IMG/VR virus record: IMGVR_UViG_3300017766_003568
Span: 1 to 29,017 of that record
DNA: 29,017 nucleotides
Strand: one strand, 5' to 3'
DNA from: a virus
Lineage: Duplodnaviria; Caudoviricetes
The notes beneath the pieces are model-generated. The model did not search any database. It was not told the DNA's origin and was given only the letters and a program-made list of their open reading frames with translations. A program made the translations under genes and the position numbers. Below are positions 1 to 8,038 of this stretch, in pieces. Position 1 is the first letter of the stretch. Every line of letters starts with the position of its first letter.

Positions 1-812
1 ATGGTTTGATGCAACCTGTTCAATCCACTGATCCCTGCTTCATCATTGTCGTACCCTACAATAATACGACCTTGGAAGCCTGCAAGCATTCTGGATTGAG
101 TAGGACTGATTGAGCATCCTAGTGTTGCAGTTGCGTTTACGCCCTGTAGTTGTAGAGAAATTGCGTCAGTTGGACCCTCACAAATCACTACATACTTCTC
201 CGATAGATCGAATGGGAAAAGGTAGCTCTTGCTCTTGAGGCCAAACTCTGATCCGGGATTTAGGTACTTAGGCTTTTGCCCGATGAGAGAACGAGCTTGG
301 AAATAAACCAAATCATCGTTTCTCCAGAATGGGATGATCACGCGCCCGTGAAACCGTCCAGCAGTTGCAACAAAGAAAGGATACTTATCGTTAAGAATCT
401 TTCTATCACTTAGGTACAAGTAAGCAGCAATCTCTAGTTCCGACTCTGGTTGCTTATCCTCTTTAATAGGTACAAAGTTCTTGATCTCTTCCTGTATAGA
501 ACTTGAGGGGGCTTCAATAGTTGATACTTGAACTGGCTGCTTGTACAGGCTACGGATCTGAATTTGATGAATAGCCTGCTTGTATGTGATTCCCTCTAGA
601 TAACTATAGAGGAAGTAGAAGTTACCCTTCTCGCCCTTACGGAAATCCTGCCATAACCCCGTTTCCAGATTGATAGAAAAGTGCTGCTTTCTATCTGTTG
701 GGTCTACAGGGGAATTCATCATCAATTCCCTACCATTACTAGATAATTTAAATTTCCCCGAAAATTTGGTTGTCAGGTAGTCTTTAATGAAGTAGGAGAT
801 ATCAATGTTCAT
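1..812 (-). CDS. DnaG-type DNA primase (TOPRIM), 3' end truncated by the window edge
   Basis: Hand translation from ATG at 812-810 gives MNIDISYFIKDYLTTKFSG...GRFHGRVIIPF...YFQARSL..QKPKYLNP...VVICEGPTDAISL...ATATLG...IIVGYDNDEAG. This has the RIIP, KYLN, EGxxD and DxDxAG motifs of DnaG primases. The frame is open to the edge and the upstream in-frame stop is at 845-843. Confidence 0.93.
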   Translation of the reverse strand, partial: MNIDISYFIKDYLTTKFSGKFKLSSNGRELMMNSPVDPTDRKQHFSINLETGLWQDFRKGEKGNFYFLYSYLEGITYKQAIHQIQIRSLYKQPVQVSTIEAPSSSIQEEIKNFVPIKEDKQPESELEIAAYLYLSDRKILNDKYPFFVATAGRFHGRVIIPFWRNDDLVYFQARSLIGQKPKYLNPGSEFGLKSKSYLFPFDLSEKYVVICEGPTDAISLQLQGVNATATLGCSISPTQSRMLAGFQGRIIVGYDNDEAGISGLNRLHQT

Positions 813-1569
813 AGGTGAGATTTCACACTCAAAGAGGGATACTTACAAGCAGTGCGGTTGGAAGTTTTATTTGAAGTACTATGAACGAATCCCTGAAAGC
901 GGTGTCAATGCTGATGCCATGCAGTTCGGGTCTTACATCCATAAGATCTTCGAGTTGGGTGTTGCAGCTAAGACTCATGATGATTTGGCTAAGATAGCTG
1001 AGGAACAACGCCCCAACTATACCTTTGATAATAGCTACGAGAAGAAGATTTTCATATGCTTGAAAAACTTCCTTAGATTTAATGCGACTTTGGAAGAAAC
1101 TTTGGGAACTGAACTAGATTTTAAAGTTGCCTTAATGGAGGGGACTATGCAGAGGGTGGTTATAGACCGTATTATTAAATCTAAACAGGGTAATTACTTA
1201 ATTATTGACTACAAGACAGGTGCTGAAGAAAAAACTAAACTTGACCTATTTAATAATGACCAATTAAAAGCATATACATATGCAGTATCTAAACACTTTA
1301 ACATTCCTGTTACAAAGATAACTGCTGCTCATTATTACCCTCTAACAAACAATTTTGTTTATGTGAACTTCTTGCCCGGGCAGGTTCACAAGTATTTGAC
1401 AGAAGTTCAGAAGGATGTGTGGGATATCCGAAAAAAGAAAAAATCCCAGTTTGCACCCAGTAAAAACCAATTCTGCAACTGGTGTGGATACAAGGATAAA
1501 TGCCCAGAATTCTATAGTCCAGATGATGTACGATGCCGGATAGAAGAGGCTAAAAAACTTAAGACTTAA
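805..1569 (+). CDS. PD-(D/E)XK nuclease, Cas4/AddB/RecB-like, with predicted 4Fe-4S cluster
   Basis: N-terminal SHS..DTYKQC and GSYIH, catalytic IDRI...IIDYKTG, QLKAY (QxxxY) and C-terminal CNWCGYKDKC (1+3 Cys arrangement). AGGAG SD lies 6 nt before the ATG. Confidence 0.9.
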   Translation: MFIGEISHSKRDTYKQCGWKFYLKYYERIPESGVNADAMQFGSYIHKIFELGVAAKTHDDLAKIAEEQRPNYTFDNSYEKKIFICLKNFLRFNATLEETLGTELDFKVALMEGTMQRVVIDRIIKSKQGNYLIIDYKTGAEEKTKLDLFNNDQLKAYTYAVSKHFNIPVTKITAAHYYPLTNNFVYVNFLPGQVHKYLTEVQKDVWDIRKKKKSQFAPSKNQFCNWCGYKDKCPEFYSPDDVRCRIEEAKKLKT

Positions 1570-1837
1570 TTAAAGGGTCATAAATCTCTATATCTATAGC
1601 ATCAAAAAAATTATCTACCTGATCAGGAGAATATTTGCATCTCTTGGTCAGGTAGGTATATAATGTAGTCTTTTTTATTGGCTTTTGGTTATCCATGCTC
1701 TCTAATATTTTAAGTTGAAATAACTTTATAAAAGAAGAGCTAAACCTGTGCCGCCATTTCTCTTCAAATTTATTTGATAAGGTAAAGTTAATTAAATCTA
1801 AAAAATCTACTATATTTTCATCTATATTTTCATTCAT
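1559..1837 (-). CDS. Hypothetical protein (92 aa)
   Basis: Fills the gap between neighbours, has normal composition, overlaps the nuclease 3' end convergently by 11 bp, and has TATAAT just upstream. Confidence 0.75.
   Translation of the reverse strand: MNENIDENIVDFLDLINFTLSNKFEEKWRHRFSSSFIKLFQLKILESMDNQKPIKKTTLYTYLTKRCKYSPDQVDNFFDAIDIEIYDPLIKS
1635..1664 (+). promoter_or_regulatory. Candidate promoter for the downstream + strand genes, embedded antisense in the 92 aa gene
   Basis: TTGCAT (1635-1640), 18 nt, TATAAT (1659-1664). The context AGGTATATAAT also resembles AGGTATAAATA at 28900-28910. Confidence 0.35.
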
Positions 1838-1872
1838 GTGTACATTATATGACTAATAACCCTAAATTTAAA
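1838..1872 (-). promoter_or_regulatory. Candidate sigma70-type promoter giving a leaderless mRNA for the 92 aa gene
   Basis: The minus strand reads TTTAAA-N17-TATAAT-GTACAC-ATG, with no SD before the ATG. Confidence 0.45.
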
Positions 1873-2358
1873 TATGAATCTGATGATTTTTTAGAAAAAA
1901 TTGATCATTCCGATGCTAGTTACTTAGCCTTAATTCCAAAGAGCACTGGTTTTATTTCCCCGGGTGATGTTCTTCGATTCATATATGGAGGGGAATTGGT
2001 TAATGTTTTGGTAGTTCAAGTGGATCGGGGTGCAGGGATATTTTTAAGTAACCAAAATAACCTTTTATTGGCTTGCTTTAAGTTAGACGATAATTCCGAG
2101 TCAGTATTGAAAATAATCATTAGAAGTATATATAAGGACAGGGGGTTGGCTAGATATAGAACTATACAAAAAAGTTTAGGATCTATTTTAGGTAAAAATA
2201 GTTTTAGAACTTATAAAATCCAAAACATCGACAATTTGCAAAAGGTTCTAATACAAATCCCCAGATTATCCTTAGACGAGGAACAGGTAAATCGTGGCAA
2301 GAACAACAGAGGAAATATTAGAGGATATTCTAAGGGTTCAAGAAGAGACTCACAGTAA
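1849..2358 (+). CDS. Hypothetical protein, possibly a remote T4 gp2 (DNA end protector)-like protein
   Basis: 169 aa ORF. The PGDVLRFIY and FRTYK..I motifs recall small gp2-like phage proteins, but the resemblance is weak. The last 65 nt overlap the next gene. Confidence 0.55.
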   Translation: MTNNPKFKYESDDFLEKIDHSDASYLALIPKSTGFISPGDVLRFIYGGELVNVLVVQVDRGAGIFLSNQNNLLLACFKLDDNSESVLKIIIRSIYKDRGLARYRTIQKSLGSILGKNSFRTYKIQNIDNLQKVLIQIPRLSLDEEQVNRGKNNRGNIRGYSKGSRRDSQ

Positions 2359-4120
2359 AATTGAGGACTCTGTAGAATATACCAGAGAGACTAGTAGATT
2401 ATCTACTCGTTTCTTGGATGAAGTTTCTAATATTCTTGGTATGCAAGCAAATGTACAGCAACCATTTGCGTTCATGTCTGTATTGTTAGATAACATTCAA
2501 AAACAAAAAGAGATTTTTAATCAATTCCAAAAAACTTCTCTTTCCTTTGGATCTTCAGTAGCTTTATTAAAGTCTAACACACAAATAGAAAAAAATATAC
2601 GGCAGTTTGGACCTCAAGTAGCTTTAACTGCTGCCACGGATGCCTTAGCGACAGGCACGCTAGACTTATCCAAGCAAACATTTGATCTTTCTGTAGAGAT
2701 GAAGGCTGCTGGTGAGAACAGTAGGCAATTACTTTCCCTACAAAAATCATTAATCAATCAAGGTGGGTTAAGCGTTTCTCAAATGGATGATCTTGCAATT
2801 CAATTAAAATCATCTAGAGATTCTTATGGGATATCAACTGAGTATTTAGTAGAATCAATTAATTTGCTTGCTGATAAATTTGGTGAATATAACTTAATGG
2901 GCAATACCGCAGAGGTAACGCAAACATTAGTAGATTTAACAAATATGTATGGTGCTGAAAATGCACAACTGTTGTCTGATGTAATAAAAACAGTTACAAC
3001 AGGTAATAGGCTGTCATCTTTCAGCATGTTAGGAGTAGCACAACAGGCTAGAGGTGTTCAAGAAACACCTTCAGCAGGTGGGATGATGTCTCTTATCCAA
3101 CAGATGGCTGATGGCGCACAGTCGTTCTATCAACAGCAAGAAACAGCTTTAGGTCCCGCCATGGCTGCGGAGCGGACAAAACAAATGTTTGGTCCTGAAA
3201 TACTTCGTGTTGTTCAATTAGCAAATGCCCCAAAAATGGAAGGCCCTCGTTTAACTGAACAGGATGTTACTCAAGCGTTAAAAAGCCAAGAAGATATACA
3301 AAGAGATATAGCTACTAATTCGCAAGTATTAAATGGTCAGATAGCAGTTATGTTGGCTAAGATGGACCATCAGTTCTACTTATTAGGAACTCAAATATTT
3401 ATCTTAGGCAACTCGCTTGTGACATTACAAAGAATGGTTACCGCAATTAGATCTTTTGAAGCACAAGCATTAGGAAAAGACCCACCAGACAGAACATTCT
3501 TCGATAAACTTTTCGCTGGTAATGCAGCCGCTACAGCAAAAGTAGCCTCTCCTTTGGCAAAGGTATCTGGAGGTATTTTTGCACTTGCTGGAGTAGGAAT
3601 GAGTATTAAGGAGTTGTCTAATAGTTTTGATGCTTCTCAAGATACTCAAATAGATTACATGGATACTACGGTTGGTCTATTGACTACATTAGTTGGATTA
3701 GCTGGAATTTTCCCGTCAATTGGAACCTTTATGGCACAGTTATTCCCTTTAATGGGTGGAATGATGACTTTCTTGTTAGCCAATCCTATTGGGCTAGCTG
3801 TAGCTGCACTAGCTGCTACTGTGGCTGCTATTTATTATCTTGCGGATGATACAGACAAGGACAAACCTCAAAAGGTTGTAGTTCAACAACCTAAAGAAGG
3901 CGGTGTAATAACAACAAACTCGTTCTTGTCTGCAAACACGGAATTAACAAGAGCAATTTTATCAAACGCATTAACTTCAAAAAGATCTGACGATTTGATG
4001 CTTACAGAACTTAAGAAAGCAAATGATTACACGAAACAACTAATAGATGTAAATCAAAAAATGCTCAGATCTCGCGGTATAACAGTCACAACTCCCGGAG
4101 TACCTTTCTCAACCCCATGA
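2294..4120 (+). CDS. Probable tail tape measure protein
   Basis: 608 aa, helical and rich in A/Q/L/M/S, with hydrophobic G/A-rich segments (LLANPIGLAVAALAATVAAIYYL). It immediately precedes baseplate genes. The GTG start has AGGTAAATC upstream, like other starts in the operon. Confidence 0.7.
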   Translation: MARTTEEILEDILRVQEETHSKIEDSVEYTRETSRLSTRFLDEVSNILGMQANVQQPFAFMSVLLDNIQKQKEIFNQFQKTSLSFGSSVALLKSNTQIEKNIRQFGPQVALTAATDALATGTLDLSKQTFDLSVEMKAAGENSRQLLSLQKSLINQGGLSVSQMDDLAIQLKSSRDSYGISTEYLVESINLLADKFGEYNLMGNTAEVTQTLVDLTNMYGAENAQLLSDVIKTVTTGNRLSSFSMLGVAQQARGVQETPSAGGMMSLIQQMADGAQSFYQQQETALGPAMAAERTKQMFGPEILRVVQLANAPKMEGPRLTEQDVTQALKSQEDIQRDIATNSQVLNGQIAVMLAKMDHQFYLLGTQIFILGNSLVTLQRMVTAIRSFEAQALGKDPPDRTFFDKLFAGNAAATAKVASPLAKVSGGIFALAGVGMSIKELSNSFDASQDTQIDYMDTTVGLLTTLVGLAGIFPSIGTFMAQLFPLMGGMMTFLLANPIGLAVAALAATVAAIYYLADDTDKDKPQKVVVQQPKEGGVITTNSFLSANTELTRAILSNALTSKRSDDLMLTELKKANDYTKQLIDVNQKMLRSRGITVTTPGVPFSTP

Positions 4121-4128
4121 GGTAAATT

Positions 4129-5025
4129 ATGGCAGATAATAGACAAACATATAAATCTTTTGGAATTGCAGTTGGGTTTCCCGGCCCTGATATAAAACAA
4201 TTAATTGGGGATCCCGCATCCGATCCAATAAATATAATAAAAAACTCTTATTTAGAGTTAAGATTTTATAATGATAGTCAAGGTGGATATTTAAAAAGAT
4301 TTCTTCCTTTTTTAGGTGAAGTAACAATAACGGAAACTAGAAAAGCAAACTATATTAATTATAATCCTATATCTAGAAACACACAAATTCCATTTTACAC
4401 TGGATCAGAATCTAGAGTATTTAAAGTAGTTTATGAGTTAGCTCCCGATTTTTTAAGAAGTTCTTCTGTAAGTAGCTTACCTGCTAGATTACTTTCTACA
4501 GGTGCATTAACTGGAAATTCAAAAACTCCTGCAAACGATAAAGATTTATTTTTTTCTACAGCAAGAAGCGGCCCTGCTACAACAGGGAACAGCCAATATA
4601 ATTATCTATTTAGAAATGTTGGTGTTCCACCGGAAAATCAAGATCAAGTTATAGTTAAATTCATAGACTATCAAATTAATTTGCTTAGATCTACTGTTAT
4701 AAACAACTCAGTAAAACCAACTTATGGCCCTCCCTTGGTTCGATTAAACCATGGCATTTTGTATCAAAATATTCCTTGCGTATGTTTAGATTATTCACTT
4801 GATCAACAATACGCTGATTCTAATAAACGCTTGTATGGCCCAGTTTCTAAATTGTCGAGATATAAAATACAATTAAGTTTTACTTTGCAAGAAGTAAGAA
4901 ATGGAAATTTCTTACTATCTCCTTTTGATATTAGTGATTCAATTGCACAAGATAATATAGTAGGTTGGGAACAAATAATTGAAGGGCAAGGTTCTTTGGA
5001 TCCTATAACTCCAATATACAAATAA
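4129..5025 (+). CDS. Baseplate tail-tube initiator-like protein (gp48/gp54 or CIS tube-like fold)
   Basis: ITETRKANY..Y..ISR..IPFYTGSESR and PPLVRLNHGILYQNIPCVCLDYSL...LSFTLQE. It sits between the tape measure and LysM-like genes and has a GAGGT SD. Confidence 0.65.
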   Translation: MADNRQTYKSFGIAVGFPGPDIKQLIGDPASDPINIIKNSYLELRFYNDSQGGYLKRFLPFLGEVTITETRKANYINYNPISRNTQIPFYTGSESRVFKVVYELAPDFLRSSSVSSLPARLLSTGALTGNSKTPANDKDLFFSTARSGPATTGNSQYNYLFRNVGVPPENQDQVIVKFIDYQINLLRSTVINNSVKPTYGPPLVRLNHGILYQNIPCVCLDYSLDQQYADSNKRLYGPVSKLSRYKIQLSFTLQEVRNGNFLLSPFDISDSIAQDNIVGWEQIIEGQGSLDPITPIYK

Positions 5026-5030
5026 TAATT

Positions 5031-5324
5031 ATGGCATTTTCTAGATACAATCAAGGAGAAGTTAAGTACTTTCATAAAGGGAAAGTTACTAATACCATTG
5101 TAGGCAGTTCAAGACAACAAGCAAGAATTAACAGCATGGCTACCTTGTTTGATTACGATGTTGGGGTAATTCCTGTAGGTTATGAACATCGCCCTGATTT
5201 AATATCAAATCTTTTTTTTGGAACTCCCGTATATTGGTTTTTAATTTTAGAATATAATAACATAGTAGATCCTTTTGAAGGTCTAAATGTTGGTGATATA
5301 ATAAAAATTCCTAAAGTACAATGA
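5031..5324 (+). CDS. Baseplate wedge protein, gp53/LysM-like (tail X type)
   Basis: RPDLISNLFFGTPVYWFLILEYNNIVDPFEGLNVGDIIKIP is the typical gp53/LysM-like signature. Confidence 0.85.
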   Translation: MAFSRYNQGEVKYFHKGKVTNTIVGSSRQQARINSMATLFDYDVGVIPVGYEHRPDLISNLFFGTPVYWFLILEYNNIVDPFEGLNVGDIIKIPKVQ

Positions 5325-8038
5325 CTAATTTTAATCCTATAAAAGTTCCAAATATTGTTGTTTCTCTTTTAAATCGAACAAAAGATGAGGCTATTCAGTT
5401 TGTAAATTCGGATCAAAAAACCAATTTCCAAGACTACATGTTTAGGGTTAGTAATGACAATATAGTTAGCTTTTCTCATTCTTATAATTTCGATAAAGGA
5501 CAAGGAGAAAATATAGGAAACTTAATAACCTTAGAAGTTATTGATCCTGAAAATGTTTTTGAAAAATTTCTTTTTGCAAATTCAGACACATTATTAAAAA
5601 GTACAAAAGATGTAGCTAAAGCTAGAGAAAAAGCAGGAGCAGAATATGAAAGGTTAATTAAAATTAGAAATGCTTTGAATGTATTCGGTCAGTCTCCATA
5701 TACAATAAATACAGAAATAAATCAAGGAAATCTTGATTTATTTAATCCTAAAACATCTGATTATCAAAAAGTACAAATACAAGACAAATTAGATGACGAA
5801 CTTGTTACTAAGTTGACCACTGCTCTTGATACTGCTGGTGCTAAATTCCCAAAAGACTTAGCTAAACAAATAATAAATAAAGCTAAAGAAAAACGAGTTT
5901 TAACAGTTAGTTCAACCGAATATTATGATGTTGCCCAAGGAAACAGTGAAGTAGATTTACTTGTTCAAACTAGTGCTGTTTTTCAAAATAATTCCCTCTC
6001 ATCTATTTATGCTGATTTTAATTTAGATAATTTAGAAAAAAAACAACAAGTTCTACCTACTCCTTATTTTTATTTTTATTATGGCTTAAACGACAATCCA
6101 TATGAATGGGCTGGGCCTATTAGTGCTCAATTCACTGATGCAAAATACAATTACTCTTGGGAAACTGGAAAAAAATCCATTACGATGAACTTTACCACCA
6201 CATTTGATTTCCCAATTTTTTCTAGATTAGCTTTAGATGTGAGAGGTTATGATACTATTGTTACTCCTGAATATTATTGTACTTTTGTAGTAACACCAAC
6301 AGTTAAAAATAGTACAACTGCAACTTTAAATAAGACGAGCACAGGAACGACGGATGTAAATATACACACGGTTGTTTGTAATAATGTTATAAAGAATTTT
6401 TTAAAAAAATGCACTTCTGATGAGATTAACATTTTAGTTATATTACCTGATTTAAAACAAATTTTAGATAGTCAAGTTAGCGAATATTTAAAATTTATGA
6501 ATAAGGGTATTACTGGTGGGTCGCCTTTTGAAAGAGATGCTGCTTTAGTAGATGTATATACAAAAATTTTTGAAGATATGGGATTCTCTACAACATATGC
6601 TAGAAAAGATAATGCATCCGGATATAAGATAGGTGATCAACTTCCGCAAGTGGGGACAGTTCAAAGAAATTTTGCTGGATTTGCTCAAGAAAATAATATA
6701 ACTACTTATCTAGGACAGGGAGCACAATATGATGAATATTATGTTGGGATAGGATTAAGTAAAGAATTAAATCAATCATATAAAGAGACATTAGATAAAA
6801 TTCGTGTTGGCATTCAAAATAAAATATCATTAGTTGACTTAACATTAGAAATGATTGATGATACTCAGTTTACTAATGATTTTATTGCTTACTTAAATAG
6901 TATAAGTTCACCACTCGTAAGTGACTTTAAAGCAAATGCACCTATTTTAGTTTTTGGAGATAGATATATCATTGAAAAATATTTGTATGGAAAAAAGTTT
7001 TACATAACAAATGGTTTATTAGATGAAAAACAAAAGAAAACAGTTTCTGGAAAAGAAGAAGATTTAAGCCTTAAATCTTTGCAAGCTAAATATTCGTTTG
7101 ATAAAAAAAATAGTGATGAATATTTATACTTTTTAGATAAAGAAGCATTTAGCGATAATTACATTAATACTCTTGCTAAAAAATATTTTTTAAAAGTGGA
7201 TGATTCTCTGCAAGTAAATTCTAGTATTTATTCATTTCCTAAAGAAGATTTTTCCTTAGATGTTAGTGATAAAGCATTAGCTAGTTTGAGACAGTGCAGA
7301 ATTCCAATATTTAAATCAGGTTTAAGCGAATCAAATTTATTAAATGTAGATTTAAATTTTAATGATTTTTATTTTGCGGCATTACGAGCAGTTTGGGGCA
7401 AAGTCGATCAATTAAATTTGATTACTGGAGATAGTTCTAATACTCCACCTGTTAATATAAATGATTTAAAAGTATTTAATTCTACTGATTATGATAAGAT
7501 AAAAAACGAATTATTAAATAATTCAATTACTAAATCGGGCCTAGCAGAAGTGGGGTTATCTAATTTGTTTGAAATTTTAGATGGACAAAACTCTAAGTAT
7601 CAACAATTTAAAGGATTAAATGATGGTGATAAGATAGATGCTATACAAAAACTAATACAGTTATTATCCCAAGATCTAAAAAAAGGGGGTACTAAATTAA
7701 GAGTGGTGTTGGGTAGTCACACAAACACTAACACATATATCCAATACCTTTCTTTATTTAGTAAATTAGTTAATAATGCATATTTAGGTTACATAAAAAC
7801 ACTGCCTAGTTTTCATATACATGGAACTATAAATTCAACCCCACCTATTCTATTATTACTTGAAGAAATAAATACAATTCCTTATGTTTCAAAAAGTTTT
7901 ATAACAAGAGCTTTAAATGGATTGTATAAAATAAACGGATTCAAACACACTATTTCTTCTGACGAGATATTTTCTGAATTTTTCATAAACAAATCAATTC
8001 AATTAGATTTGCCGTTAACATTTGAGGATAAAACATGA
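5321..8038 (+). CDS. Probable baseplate hub protein (gp27/gpD-like), enlarged
   Basis: Lies between the gp53-like and spike genes. The C-terminal LNGLYKINGFKHTISSDEIFSEF matches the GxYxIxxxxHxI ending of hub proteins. ATGA overlaps at both ends. Confidence 0.6.
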   Translation: MTNFNPIKVPNIVVSLLNRTKDEAIQFVNSDQKTNFQDYMFRVSNDNIVSFSHSYNFDKGQGENIGNLITLEVIDPENVFEKFLFANSDTLLKSTKDVAKAREKAGAEYERLIKIRNALNVFGQSPYTINTEINQGNLDLFNPKTSDYQKVQIQDKLDDELVTKLTTALDTAGAKFPKDLAKQIINKAKEKRVLTVSSTEYYDVAQGNSEVDLLVQTSAVFQNNSLSSIYADFNLDNLEKKQQVLPTPYFYFYYGLNDNPYEWAGPISAQFTDAKYNYSWETGKKSITMNFTTTFDFPIFSRLALDVRGYDTIVTPEYYCTFVVTPTVKNSTTATLNKTSTGTTDVNIHTVVCNNVIKNFLKKCTSDEINILVILPDLKQILDSQVSEYLKFMNKGITGGSPFERDAALVDVYTKIFEDMGFSTTYARKDNASGYKIGDQLPQVGTVQRNFAGFAQENNITTYLGQGAQYDEYYVGIGLSKELNQSYKETLDKIRVGIQNKISLVDLTLEMIDDTQFTNDFIAYLNSISSPLVSDFKANAPILVFGDRYIIEKYLYGKKFYITNGLLDEKQKKTVSGKEEDLSLKSLQAKYSFDKKNSDEYLYFLDKEAFSDNYINTLAKKYFLKVDDSLQVNSSIYSFPKEDFSLDVSDKALASLRQCRIPIFKSGLSESNLLNVDLNFNDFYFAALRAVWGKVDQLNLITGDSSNTPPVNINDLKVFNSTDYDKIKNELLNNSITKSGLAEVGLSNLFEILDGQNSKYQQFKGLNDGDKIDAIQKLIQLLSQDLKKGGTKLRVVLGSHTNTNTYIQYLSLFSKLVNNAYLGYIKTLPSFHIHGTINSTPPILLLLEEINTIPYVSKSFITRALNGLYKINGFKHTISSDEIFSEFFINKSIQLDLPLTFEDKT

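Noticed and set aside
805-1569. CRISPR-Cas locus implied by the Cas4-like gene
   Set aside because: No repeat-spacer array and no other cas gene in the window.
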